From IMG/VR virus record IMGVR_UViG_3300032330_001391, positions 53,103-117,102 of that record: 64,000 nt of DNA. The stretch is one strand, 5' to 3'. The position numbers and the translations under genes were made by a program. This DNA is from a virus (Duplodnaviria > Heunggongvirae > Uroviricota > Caudoviricetes). Below are positions 28,461 through 37,254 of the stretch, one piece after another (the first letter of the stretch is position 1; each line of letters opens with the position of its first letter). The notes under the pieces were generated by a model. That model was not told the origin of the DNA. It ran no database searches and saw only the letters and a list, made by a program, of their open reading frames with translations.

Positions 28461-28871
28461 CACAGTGTGTGGTACAATCCATCTAACACAATCTTGAGGT
28501 AATCGATGTATGTGGAGGTAATTGTTGATGTAGCCCATCATATTAGCTGCACCAACCGCATTAGCTGAATGTATTTTAACGGGTACTACTTTACCTCCAT
28601 TCAACCACTGCTCAACCAACCACTTAGTACAATCCATACCTGTTTTCTCAGTAATGTTATTATAATCTAATGTGTAGTTAACATAAACGTTTGTATGCCA
28701 CTCTCTCATAGCTGAATCACCTAAGTCGTGGTCTAATGATATTAGAGCTATATTGTCTAATCCAATTTCAGTTACTTTAGTAATAAACTCATCATAGTTA
28801 CGAACAACAATCCAGTCAGATTCAATTGGTGTTCTAACATCATCTAAATAAATGTAATATAATTTTTTCAT
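28458..28871 (-). CDS. hypothetical protein
   Basis: 137-aa ORF. Confidence 0.4.
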   Translation of the reverse strand: MKKLYYIYLDDVRTPIESDWIVVRNYDEFITKVTEIGLDNIALISLDHDLGDSAMREWHTNVYVNYTLDYNNITEKTGMDCTKWLVEQWLNGGKVVPVKIHSANAVGAANMMGYINNYLHIHRLPQDCVRWIVPHTV

Positions 28872-28873
28872 TG

Positions 28874-29527
28874 TTATTTCTTTTTAAATTGTTCAAACCA
28901 ATTTTCAAAACATTCATATACAGGAGGCATATCCTTTTCAAAGATAAAAGCATTCCTTGACTGTTTAAAAGCTTCCATTAAATCTTCCTTACTATACATT
29001 CTTTCAGCTTGCCATTTAGCACCTTTTTCAAATCCTTCAATCCATGAATATTTAGAATCTAAATCATCATGACCTTCAGTCAATCTTTTTACCGCTTCTT
29101 CAAGTGTTTCTTGTTTAGGTTCTTCTTTTGAAAAAACTACATTATACAAAACTTTATTTCCCATTGAAAAAGTATCTAAATCAACCCTTTCACAACTTGG
29201 ATTCTTAACAAACCATTCAAGAAACTCCTCATCAATAGCTTGTACACCATCATTGATTAGGTCTTGGTCTGTTGTTAGGATGATTTTTTTAAATACATCA
29301 TTTCTTTTATTATAATAATCTAATCCTTCTTTATCAACTTTTTTGTAATAACCTCTTTGAATATTTAATCTGTAATCTCCTTCTTTAATTTCTTCATCAT
29401 TAGTGATGTAGATGTGTTGACCATTGATAGTATTTTTACCAAAATTCAAATCACATAAGACTAAACCTGAATTTCCTAAATGTAACCTACTTGGTTTATC
29501 TGTTGGTAATACGTGAATGTTTTTCAT
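28874..29527 (-). CDS. mosaic family B protein (N-terminal MKNIH domain + C-terminal KGAKWQ module)
   Basis: 217 aa. Shares ...KKIILTTDQDL..GVQAIDEEFLEWFVKNPSCE... with 31020..31487. C-terminal EGFEKGAKWQAERMYS module is repeated in 30506..30703 and 30706..31017. Confidence 0.5.
   Translation of the reverse strand: MKNIHVLPTDKPSRLHLGNSGLVLCDLNFGKNTINGQHIYITNDEEIKEGDYRLNIQRGYYKKVDKEGLDYYNKRNDVFKKIILTTDQDLINDGVQAIDEEFLEWFVKNPSCERVDLDTFSMGNKVLYNVVFSKEEPKQETLEEAVKRLTEGHDDLDSKYSWIEGFEKGAKWQAERMYSKEDLMEAFKQSRNAFIFEKDMPPVYECFENWFEQFKKK
28991..29112. repeat. 121-bp direct repeat, copy 1 (near-identical to 30575..30695)
   Basis: actatacattctttcagcttgccatttagcacctttttcaaatccttcaatccatgaatatttagaatctaaatcatcatgaccttcagtcaatctttttaccgcttcttcaagtgtttc occurs twice. 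Confidence 0.7.
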
Positions 29528-29564
29528 TGTGTGTATATTTATAATGATTCGTAATGCTACTTTG

Positions 29565-30056
29565 TTATATCTTTTCTATTTCTATATTCCATGATTTAGG
29601 TTGAGATACAAACTTTCTTGTTTTAACTTCAAACATCATTCTGCTCTCTGCATCCCGTAAAAGTTCCATCAACTTAAACACATCTTCCGTGGTAAACCTT
29701 TTATCAGATAGAAGTTCTTGTGCTTTTTGGAAACCTTCAATATAAGCCATTATTAATTTATGACCACAATTTTCCTTGTTATGTTTATTAGCATGTTCAA
29801 AAGCATTATTTCTTATAATTTGCGTAAACCATTCAATTCTTTTCTGTTCTTCTTCTGTTAAGTTAGAGAAATCTATTTGGTCTTGTTGTGCTATTACCTG
29901 TTTAGTTATTTCATTTATCCCATACTCTGCTCCATTTGTGTTTTTAACTTTATTAATATATGTGTCTAAATACAATCCATTTACAGGTTGTTGATTGGAT
30001 GTTATAATAAATCCTTCTGGTAATTTGTGTAATGCATATGTTGGTTTTATTTCCAT
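29565..30056 (-). CDS. hypothetical protein
   Basis: 163-aa ORF. Confidence 0.4.
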   Translation of the reverse strand: MEIKPTYALHKLPEGFIITSNQQPVNGLYLDTYINKVKNTNGAEYGINEITKQVIAQQDQIDFSNLTEEEQKRIEWFTQIIRNNAFEHANKHNKENCGHKLIMAYIEGFQKAQELLSDKRFTTEDVFKLMELLRDAESRMMFEVKTRKFVSQPKSWNIEIEKI

Positions 30057-30070
30057 TTTAATGTTTTTAG

Positions 30071-30460
30071 TTATTTAACATCTCTTACCGCTCGAACATA
30101 GTAAGTGTTGCTCCTGTCGTCGTAGTACTGAAAGCCAACGTCGAAGACCTGAGGCCATGCGTAGAAACTATTGGCCTCACTGGAACTCCAATAGGAGGCA
30201 GCGGCAAAACCTCCAACACTTTCTCTATTAAGCCACATCACATGAAGTTCTTCTCTTGTAGGTAATCTCCATCCATCACCCAAGTCCTCACATATTTTCT
30301 TTGCATCTTCCCAATTGTGTTGACCTAAGTCTTTAGGATATACTTCAAACTTTAGATGTTGCTCTAACACTCTGTAAGTCTCTTTTTTTACAGGAGTAAG
30401 ACTGTATTCAACTCCATCAATATTTATTGTTTTCATTTTTAATGTTTTTAATCCCACCAT
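30071..30460 (-). CDS. DUF1566/Lcl-C-terminal-like (C-type-lectin-fold) domain protein
   Basis: 129 aa. GDGWRLPTREELHVMWLN...SYWSSS pattern typical of DUF1566. Confidence 0.45.
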   Translation of the reverse strand: MVGLKTLKMKTINIDGVEYSLTPVKKETYRVLEQHLKFEVYPKDLGQHNWEDAKKICEDLGDGWRLPTREELHVMWLNRESVGGFAAASYWSSSEANSFYAWPQVFDVGFQYYDDRSNTYYVRAVRDVK

Positions 30461-30505
30461 CTTTCAATGTGAGTGTCTAATAATTTAAATAATAATCTTT
30501 TTGCT

Positions 30506-30703
30506 TTAAGATGATTGTAACTTTTTATTGCATTGTAATACTGTTTGCTCAATGGCATTTTTCATATCTTCCTCACTATACATTCTTTCAGCTTGCCATT
30601 TAGCACCTTTTTCAAATCCTTCAATCCATGAATATTTAGAATCTAAATCATCATGACCTTCAGTCAATCTTTTTACCGCTTCTTCAAGTGTTTCTTTTTC
30701 CAT
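30506..30703 (-). CDS. stand-alone KGAKWQ module (recent duplicate of the 28874..29527 C-terminus)
   Basis: 65 aa, about 90% identical to the C-terminal 50 aa of 28874..29527. Lies in the 121-bp DNA repeat. Confidence 0.45.
   Translation of the reverse strand: MEKETLEEAVKRLTEGHDDLDSKYSWIEGFEKGAKWQAERMYSEEDMKNAIEQTVLQCNKKLQSS
30575..30695. repeat. 121-bp direct repeat, copy 2
   Basis: Identical to 28991..29112 by eye. A third, diverged partial copy lies at about 30849..30890. Confidence 0.7.
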
Positions 30704-30705
30704 TA

Positions 30706-31017
30706 TTATTTCTTTTTAAATTGTTCTAATAAATCAATAGTTCTTTCTGCTCCATCATATTTTGATTTAGCATGTAATATTTGACCATTTACATTTTTAT
30801 TTTTATCAGGATAAGTGGCTACAAACTCTGCAAACTCAATCATATCTTCCTCACTATACATTCTTTCTTGTTGCCATTTAGCACCTGTAATAAAACCTTT
30901 TTCAAAGCCATATTCAGCATATTCCCTATAATCTAAATCTGTTTCCCACGGTTTATAATCAACACTAAATTCAAATGCTTTTGATTTAGCAGCTTCTTCA
31001 ATTGTTTCTTTTTCCAT
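30706..31017 (-). CDS. KGAKWQ-module protein (diverged copy)
   Basis: 103 aa with ...GFEKGFITGAKWQQERMYSEEDM.... Confidence 0.45.
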   Translation of the reverse strand: MEKETIEEAAKSKAFEFSVDYKPWETDLDYREYAEYGFEKGFITGAKWQQERMYSEEDMIEFAEFVATYPDKNKNVNGQILHAKSKYDGAERTIDLLEQFKKK

Positions 31018-31019
31018 TA

Positions 31020-31487
31020 TTATTTCTTTTTAAATTGTTCTTTAAATATTTTAAACCAATAATCTTTTGCAGCATCAGACTTAGCACCTTCAATGAACAA
31101 ATTACCTAAATAACCACCTTTTTGATACTTTTCATTTAAGTATTTTTGAGCAGCTTCTTCAAGTGTTTCTTGTTTAGGTTCTTCTTGTGGTATATTAATT
31201 TCATAAATTACTTTATCAGCAAGAAATTCAGAAGGAATAATCTCAACAAACTCACAACTTGGATTCTTTACAAACCACTCTAAAAACTCATCATCAATAG
31301 CTTGTACACCATTTAAGTCTTTATCTGTTGTTAGGATGATTTTATAATATCTAACTCCAAAATCCCAAAAGAAATTAGGTGTAACTAAAGTTGGTTGTTC
31401 ATTACCTCTAATCATCCAATCTCCATCTTTAATTTCTTCATCAGAAGTGATGTAGATGTTGTTGTTTATTTTGTGTATGTTTTTCAT
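31020..31487 (-). CDS. mosaic family B protein (paralog of 28874..29527)
   Basis: ORF track extends to 31571. The promoter-like motif at 31509..31545 and the start MKNIHKINNN (paralogous to MKNIHVLPTD) support a start at 31487. Confidence 0.45.
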   Translation of the reverse strand: MKNIHKINNNIYITSDEEIKDGDWMIRGNEQPTLVTPNFFWDFGVRYYKIILTTDKDLNGVQAIDDEFLEWFVKNPSCEFVEIIPSEFLADKVIYEINIPQEEPKQETLEEAAQKYLNEKYQKGGYLGNLFIEGAKSDAAKDYWFKIFKEQFKKK

Positions 31488-31508
31488 AACCTTTACTTTT
31501 TTATTTAG

Positions 31509-31545
31509 ATTAAATATACGAAAGAGGATTTGAAAATCCAAACCC
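31509..31545 (-). promoter_or_regulatory. variant copy of conserved promoter with ggatttgaaaatcc palindrome
   Basis: taaatatacgaaagaggatttgaaaatccaaac. Confidence 0.4.
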
Positions 31546-31573
31546 TCTCTCATATTTCTTTTTTTAAGCAATA

Positions 31574-32413
31574 CTACTTGATTGTAGGTGAACTTACCAT
31601 CACATTACCACCTGTACCCATATAATATGTAGGTACCTTACAACCATACTTAGCCCAAGCTTCAATAGTCATCTTTTGTAGAATTTGTGATGTAAGACCT
31701 TTACTTAAGATAATATTCTCCTGTGCTTGTAATTCAGCCAATTCATTACGCTTACGTTGCTCAGCAATTTGTTGGTCTAATACTGAGATGTTAGTGTTTA
31801 CTTCATTACGAGTATCAATCTTCTGCTTTACCTTATCACTAAAGTCTAAGTTAGCTGAGAATGTGACTAATTCTAAACCCTTAGCTTCAAATGCTTTTCG
31901 TACTTTCTCCTGTACATCCTGTTCGAATCGAAGATTACCACCAGTAGCCATTAATGTATCTGTAGAGTATTTGCGTGATTCTTCTTTAATGATATCATAG
32001 ATGTTAGGTTCAAGCACATTATCCTCAAGTGACTTCATAAAATTATCTCCAGAACCTAAACGACTATTTTGGAATACAAGATCTACTACTCGGTTCTCAA
32101 TTACTTTATATGAGTATAGTGGTGAAGCATTAAATTCTGTATTGTCTGATGCTTTTAGATGTAATACTTTCTTGTCACCATTCGACTCAGTAAACTCAGC
32201 TCGTTGTTCCCAAGCTGGTACTTGGAATAATTCAACACCTGGTGCTGATATGTTCACACGTCCTTGTTGTCGTGCGTAATCTGATTTACCATTTTTACCA
32301 TAGTTTTCCATAAGTACACCATAGTAATTAGGTGCTACTCGTTCACAAGATGTAAAAGTAATTGACATTGTTGCTATTAGGAATAGCATGACCATCATTT
32401 TAATTGATTTCAT
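31574..32413 (-). CDS. SPFH/band-7 (stomatin/prohibitin-like) domain lipoprotein
   Basis: 279 aa. Signal peptide with ...FTSC lipobox-like cysteine, then a long SPFH-like domain (EDNVLEPNIYDIIKEESRKYSTDTLMATGGNLRFEQDVQEKVRKAFEAKGLELVTF...AELQAQ). Confidence 0.55.
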   Translation of the reverse strand: MKSIKMMVMLFLIATMSITFTSCERVAPNYYGVLMENYGKNGKSDYARQQGRVNISAPGVELFQVPAWEQRAEFTESNGDKKVLHLKASDNTEFNASPLYSYKVIENRVVDLVFQNSRLGSGDNFMKSLEDNVLEPNIYDIIKEESRKYSTDTLMATGGNLRFEQDVQEKVRKAFEAKGLELVTFSANLDFSDKVKQKIDTRNEVNTNISVLDQQIAEQRKRNELAELQAQENIILSKGLTSQILQKMTIEAWAKYGCKVPTYYMGTGGNVMVSSPTIK

Positions 32414-32425
32414 ATAACCTGTTTT

Positions 32426-32614
32426 TTATTTTTTAAAGTGTTTAACGACATAGTCTACTAATGCTGAGGATGTGATTACATAGCCCGCGATTCCAATCCA
32501 TGAGTTTACATGATTGTAAAGCCAATGAGATAGATACAATCCTCCGAAGCATAATATAAACGGTAATAATTGTTTAAGTGTTTTCATATAATATTTTGTT
32601 TTATATTCCGTCAT
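32426..32614 (-). CDS. small membrane protein
   Basis: 62 aa with two hydrophobic helices. Confidence 0.4.
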   Translation of the reverse strand: MTEYKTKYYMKTLKQLLPFILCFGGLYLSHWLYNHVNSWIGIAGYVITSSALVDYVVKHFKK

Positions 32615-32710
32615 TACTGAATATTAGAAGTAAGACAAGGATTAATATTAATAACCACATAATTTTTAGTTTTTATAATTAAGAAAAGAGAAAACTAAGT
32701 GTTCGCTGAA

Positions 32711-32760
32711 AAGTTTTGAGTTTTGAGTTTTCCAATTTTGAATATTAAGGTTTGAGTTTT
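32711..32760. repeat. RAGTTTT iterons (4 copies, 3 tandem) in a 250-bp noncoding gap
   Basis: aagttttgagttttgagttttcc...ggtttgagtttt. Confidence 0.45.
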
Positions 32761-32864
32761 AAGGCACCTATCAAAATCAATATCATAGCATCATGGTTTG
32801 ATATAAGATATAGAATCTTATCTTAGTATGGGCTACTAACTTAATTCTCTCTTATTCTTAACTA

Positions 32865-33299
32865 TTAAATTTTTGTTAACGCGTTATGTGATTCAATTTC
32901 TTCTTGAAGTGTTTCGATCTTTCCTTCCAATTCAGTAATAAGCATATCACGCTCAATTGTATTGATATAGGCTTTATACTCTACTAACTCATCAGTGCCA
33001 TACCCACGTTTACGGATCTTGCCACTATCGGTATCTACTCCTCTGAGTTGCTTGACCATGCTCTTTAATTCACCTAAACTGAAGATTTTATGAACAATAG
33101 GAACATTAGCTTGGTGAATTTTAGCTTTTAATTCAATTAATTCATTAGTTAAGCTAGTCCAGTCGGTGTATGCTTTTTCAGCTGAATACGTTGGCTCTAC
33201 TCCAACCTCATGTGAATTGCTTGCTCGGAAACGAGTATACGCTTCACCTGCTTGTTTAATTAATTTTTTCTTTAGCTTTAATGCTTTTGTTAAGTTCAT
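32865..33299 (-). CDS. coiled-coil hypothetical protein
   Basis: 144-aa ORF behind a conserved promoter. Confidence 0.4.
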   Translation of the reverse strand: MNLTKALKLKKKLIKQAGEAYTRFRASNSHEVGVEPTYSAEKAYTDWTSLTNELIELKAKIHQANVPIVHKIFSLGELKSMVKQLRGVDTDSGKIRKRGYGTDELVEYKAYINTIERDMLITELEGKIETLQEEIESHNALTKI

Positions 33300-33323
33300 A
33301 ACTTTTTATCTTTTTTATTTAAA

Positions 33324-33358
33324 TTAAATATACGTTTAAAATTTAGGGAAACCAAATC
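33324..33358 (-). promoter_or_regulatory. conserved phage promoter
   Basis: attaaatatacgtttaaaatttagggaaaccaaatctt. Confidence 0.5.
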
Positions 33359-33405
33359 TTTTTTTAGATAAAAATAAGGAGGAGCTTTCGCTCCTCCAAA
33401 TACTT

Positions 33406-33621
33406 TTAACGTGCCGCTTGTTCACGATTAGTCGGACGTTTACGACTAATGTTGTACATCACATCTGCTACTGGTTGTGGAACTGAACGATGTCCGTTCA
33501 TAATGTTCACAATGTGTGAGTAAGAATACCCTGTGTTTTCAGCGATGTGAGTGGCGTCACCTGATTTTTTACGTGCTGTAAAAAAAGCTAATTTAGCTGT
33601 TCGATTCATGTTTTTTTTCAT
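33406..33621 (-). CDS. small HTH DNA-binding protein candidate
   Basis: 71 aa. ...TGYSYSHIVNIMNGHRSVPQPVADVMYN resembles a helix-turn-helix. Confidence 0.4.
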   Translation of the reverse strand: MKKNMNRTAKLAFFTARKKSGDATHIAENTGYSYSHIVNIMNGHRSVPQPVADVMYNISRKRPTNREQAAR

Positions 33622-33823
33622 AATATAACTGTTTAAATTTTAACGTTGATATAATTGACTAACTTTTAAATTTTGAGCCCATTCATTAAACCCCATATGT
33701 GAATTAGGGTAAGTGGTCCTAATATTAGGTTTTTGCTCAATAAATGACGGTTCATTATTTTTAGATTTAAAACCTAATAAATAACTACTAATCCAATTTT
33801 TAATTGTGTTTTTCATAACTTTT

Positions 33824-33979
33824 ATTTTTTGTTGAATAAATTAACGTAAATACTAATGTATAAGAAAACTAATAATAGTATAGTTACTATATATGTTGTT
33901 ATTCCTAATTTAGAGAAACCATACATGGCCGCTACTAAACCAATCAAAGTCAAAGATGTTAATAGATGTTTTTTCATAT
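33824..33979 (-). CDS. small membrane protein (51 aa; holin-class candidate)
   Basis: MKKHLLTSLTLIGLVAAMYGFSKLGITTYIVTILLLVFLYISIYVNLFNKK, two transmembrane helices, own promoter. Below ORF-track cutoff. Confidence 0.35.
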
Positions 33980-33994
33980 GCTTTAAATTTATAA

Positions 33995-34030
33995 ACTAAA
34001 TATACGCTCAAAATTTAGGAAAGCCAAATC
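33995..34030 (-). promoter_or_regulatory. conserved phage promoter
   Basis: actaaatatacgctcaaaatttaggaaagccaaatctt. Confidence 0.5.
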
Positions 34031-34035
34031 TTTTT

Positions 34036-34347
34036 TTAAAAAAGATGAATTAAAAGATAAGACAGTTTATATCCCGCAAATGCTCCTAACGCTGATGGTA
34101 CTGGAAATACTATTAACTTGCCTAAGTCCGTAACATATTTGGGTCTATTAACAATCCTACCTACATAGAAATAATATATTAAATATCCTCCTAATACAGC
34201 TAAATCTATTTTAGTGGCAATAAATACCACTATTATAGCACCTAAAAAACCATATATAAAGTTATCTCTTATACCCTCCCATATCTCAGTCCTGGTTGCG
34301 CTCTTATATTCTTTTACTATTTTATTTACTTTTGGATGTTTGGGCAT
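34036..34347 (-). CDS. membrane protein (holin/lysis-accessory candidate)
   Basis: 103 aa, two to three transmembrane helices, immediately upstream of the cell-wall hydrolase. Confidence 0.4.
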   Translation of the reverse strand: MPKHPKVNKIVKEYKSATRTEIWEGIRDNFIYGFLGAIIVVFIATKIDLAVLGGYLIYYFYVGRIVNRPKYVTDLGKLIVFPVPSALGAFAGYKLSYLLIHLF

Positions 34348-34355
34348 TATGTAGT

Positions 34356-34826
34356 TTAACTTTTAAGGTTTTTTAAATAAAAATATAAATCAAATTTGGG
34401 GTCATCAAATCTACCAACGGCGTAGATTCTTTTTCTAACTGATGCTGTTAACTCACTCATTACTACTCCTGTACGTCTATTAGCTGCGTGTGCATATAAG
34501 TTATTGCCTAAATAAACAGCCACGTGCCATCCTGATGGACTCGCATCACTCATAAAGAATAATAAATCACCTAATGATATTTCATCTTTAGATATTTTAG
34601 TAGCGGCTTTATACTGCGTTTTAGCTGTTCGAGGAATTAATATATCAAATACATCTTCATACATTTTCTGTACAAAACCTGAACAATCAATACCATTGAG
34701 TGTTGTTCCACCATAACGATAAGGAGCACCTATCCATACATTAAGAAATGAGTCTAATTTAGATATTTGACTATAATCAGTTAGACTAAGTAAGCACAAC
34801 AGTGCTGTTATAATTAGTTTTTTCAT
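34356..34826 (-). CDS. NlpC/P60-family cell-wall peptidase (endolysin candidate) with signal peptide
   Basis: 156 aa. Catalytic Cys context NGIDCSGFVQKMY and downstream His (SGWHVAVYLG..YAHAA) typical of NlpC/P60. N-terminal signal sequence. Confidence 0.65.
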   Translation of the reverse strand: MKKLIITALLCLLSLTDYSQISKLDSFLNVWIGAPYRYGGTTLNGIDCSGFVQKMYEDVFDILIPRTAKTQYKAATKISKDEISLGDLLFFMSDASPSGWHVAVYLGNNLYAHAANRRTGVVMSELTASVRKRIYAVGRFDDPKFDLYFYLKNLKS

Positions 34827-34859
34827 GGTTATAAATATAATAAAAAAATTTGACAGAGC

Positions 34860-35096
34860 CTAGCGAATAATCTTTATTTCAGACTCTGTCTCAATAACAA
34901 CTCTTGCCCCACAGCTAAGTAATGGTTTAGCATCACAACCGCTGCCGCCATAAATAATCTTACTTGGACCTAATATTTCCACTTCATTACAATAAGTGTT
35001 AGTTTTACCCTGCTTTATTGTTATGACAGGTAATTCAGTACCTTTTGTTTTATTTGAGCGAATGTGATGCTGATTAACGTGTATGCGTGTTTTCAT
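34860..35096 (-). CDS. small hypothetical protein
   Basis: 78-aa ORF. Confidence 0.35.
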   Translation of the reverse strand: MKTRIHVNQHHIRSNKTKGTELPVITIKQGKTNTYCNEVEILGPSKIIYGGSGCDAKPLLSCGARVVIETESEIKIIR

Positions 35097-35299
35097 AGTT
35101 TAGAGAATGCTTCTGATTCTGAACGGTAGTGTGCTAATTGATCTTCATTGAAGATATGTAACATACCATAACCATCCATTTCACCAACAACTCTAATTTC
35201 ACCTTTAGTTGTTTTAAATATGCCTACAATTGTACAAGGAAACTTATATCCTTTTGGTTTGTAAGCTTTGTCTCCAATTTTAAATTTTGTGTTTTCCAT
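35093..35299 (-). CDS. small hypothetical protein
   Basis: 68-aa ORF, ATGA overlap. Confidence 0.35.
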   Translation of the reverse strand: MENTKFKIGDKAYKPKGYKFPCTIVGIFKTTKGEIRVVGEMDGYGMLHIFNEDQLAHYRSESEAFSKL

Positions 35300-35312
35300 A
35301 ATTTTATATTTT

Positions 35313-36434
35313 TTAATTTGATAAAGGTGCTTTAATTGTTGGGTGTGATTGATAGTTTTCTAATTCAAAATTAATTTGACCGTTTATAGCCTCATCGAAT
35401 CCTTTATGTTCTAAATTAGCTAAAAATATAGGATTGAATTTTAACGTTGGTAATTCAAATGATGTTCTACCAATCTGTTCTTTTGCTTGTTCAACATGGT
35501 TTGTATACAGGTGTACGTCTCCAAGATTTCCAATCAATTCGTCAGGCACCATATTAACTTCTTTAGCAATGATTTCAAGTAGCAATCCATATGATGCTAT
35601 GTTGAATGGTAAACCAAGGAATGTATCTACTGAACGTTGGTTCCACATTAAAGAGATTGCTCGTTTAGGTATATCATGATAATCAAGAAACGCGTGATGT
35701 CTGTTGTCATAATCAACTGTTCCATCTCTAGTTCTTTTTCTCATCAAATCTAATCTTTCATCCAAACTCAACTCTTTTGTGTAAACTTGCCAACTATAAT
35801 GACAAGGCGGAAGTACCATTTGGTCTATTTCACCTACATTCCAAGCTGAAACTATTAATCGTCTTGAGTCTGGATTTGTTTTAAGTTCGTTGATTAAACA
35901 CGATATTTGGTCAATAACTGTTTGGTCAGCTTCATCATAAATGTTTTCATATGAACCGTCAGTTGAAAGGTACATTTTCTTTTTAGTCCATCGCCTCCAT
36001 TGCTTACCATATACAGGACCTAAATCACCCCACTTCTTAGCAAACTCATCATCTGTTTTGATTTTGTTAATGAACTCTTCTTGTGTAAGCGGGTTATTTG
36101 ATATTTCATCACCCCATTTTTCTTTATATTCTTGCTGAGTTTTGTTTCTACTTTTTAAATAGGCTTGGTAGCAATCACCATCCCAAATATGACAATCGTT
36201 ATCAACTAAAAATTTAATGTTTGTATAGCCTCTTAAAAACCACAACAATTCAGTTACCATAGTTTTCCAAGCCATCTTCTTTGTGGTCAAGAGCGGAAAC
36301 CCATCACTCATTTTGTGTCTTATCTGTCTACCAAATAATGAGATTGTTCCTGTACCAGTACGGTCATTCTTAGTAGTACCGTTTTCCAAGATGTCTTGGA
36401 GTAGGTCTTGATATGCTTTATCTAATCTATTCAT
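35313..36434 (-). CDS. thyA: thymidylate synthase family (ThyA-type) enzyme with two insertions
   Basis: 373 aa. ThyA hallmarks RTGTGT, GDLGPVYGKQWR, DSRRLIVSAWNV, catalytic LPPCH, FLGLPFNIASY (Asn retained, consistent with dUMP). About 45-aa and 30-aa insertions relative to 264-aa bacterial ThyA. Confidence 0.75.
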   Translation of the reverse strand: MNRLDKAYQDLLQDILENGTTKNDRTGTGTISLFGRQIRHKMSDGFPLLTTKKMAWKTMVTELLWFLRGYTNIKFLVDNDCHIWDGDCYQAYLKSRNKTQQEYKEKWGDEISNNPLTQEEFINKIKTDDEFAKKWGDLGPVYGKQWRRWTKKKMYLSTDGSYENIYDEADQTVIDQISCLINELKTNPDSRRLIVSAWNVGEIDQMVLPPCHYSWQVYTKELSLDERLDLMRKRTRDGTVDYDNRHHAFLDYHDIPKRAISLMWNQRSVDTFLGLPFNIASYGLLLEIIAKEVNMVPDELIGNLGDVHLYTNHVEQAKEQIGRTSFELPTLKFNPIFLANLEHKGFDEAINGQINFELENYQSHPTIKAPLSN

Positions 36435-36440
36435 AACTTT

Positions 36441-36647
36441 CTATTGATTTATTAAATTATAAGATGACTCTGCCATATCGTATTCAGCATGATTATTGTA
36501 TAACCAACCTTTTTTCTCGGCAATATCTAATTCTTTTCTCGTAAAATACTTAATAATTTCCCTTTCACCAATTATCTCAACTCCACTGTAGTTTTTGTGT
36601 TTATTTGGTATAGTATTCCAAATTTCAATCATTTGTTCTTTATTCAT
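36441..36647 (-). CDS. small hypothetical protein
   Basis: 68-aa ORF in a run of seven overlapping small genes. Confidence 0.35.
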   Translation of the reverse strand: MNKEQMIEIWNTIPNKHKNYSGVEIIGEREIIKYFTRKELDIAEKKGWLYNNHAEYDMAESSYNLINQ

Positions 36648-36945
36648 AACTTTCTATTGTTTTATTGTTGTATGTTACTATGATTAGTTTGGTTGGTATA
36701 ACAGGAATCTTTTGGTCAATAATTCTTAACGGTGAATATAATTCTTTTTCATAATGAAAAATACTCTCCTCGTCACTTAACTCTCGTTCTTCAATCTTTA
36801 ATCCCCACTTTTCAGAGAACTCTGTATCGGTTTTACATTTGTTGATGAATTCTTCCTTATCTAATTCCCATTGTCTATCATCCCTCATATGGTTATAATA
36901 ATTCTCATACGCCTCATCCAATAATTCTTGTTGTTCTTTACTCAT
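36640..36945 (-). CDS. small hypothetical protein
   Basis: 101-aa ORF. Confidence 0.35.
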   Translation of the reverse strand: MSKEQQELLDEAYENYYNHMRDDRQWELDKEEFINKCKTDTEFSEKWGLKIEERELSDEESIFHYEKELYSPLRIIDQKIPVIPTKLIIVTYNNKTIESYE

Positions 36946-36951
36946 AACTTT

Positions 36952-37254
36952 CTATTTGTTGATCTGTTTATATAACTCTTTTAATTTATCTTTAAATGTT
37001 TCCATGACAATGTCTACTGCCACGAGATGACCGTATGGAGTAAGCATATCTTCACAGAGTTGGCATCCTAAGAAAACATTCTCTTCAAGGCCTAGCACGG
37101 TCATTTTAGTTGTAACACCAAGTTGCCCAATTGGATAATGTTCTGATGGTTCTGTTCTCGTCATTTCGCCAATGAACTCTACTTCTAAGCTATCATTAAC
37201 TCGTTTCATTAAGTCAACGGCTGCAATGATGATAGGACTAATTTCATTACTCAT
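36952..37254 (-). CDS. small hypothetical protein
   Basis: 100-aa ORF. Confidence 0.35.
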   Translation of the reverse strand: MSNEISPIIIAAVDLMKRVNDSLEVEFIGEMTRTEPSEHYPIGQLGVTTKMTVLGLEENVFLGCQLCEDMLTPYGHLVAVDIVMETFKDKLKELYKQINK

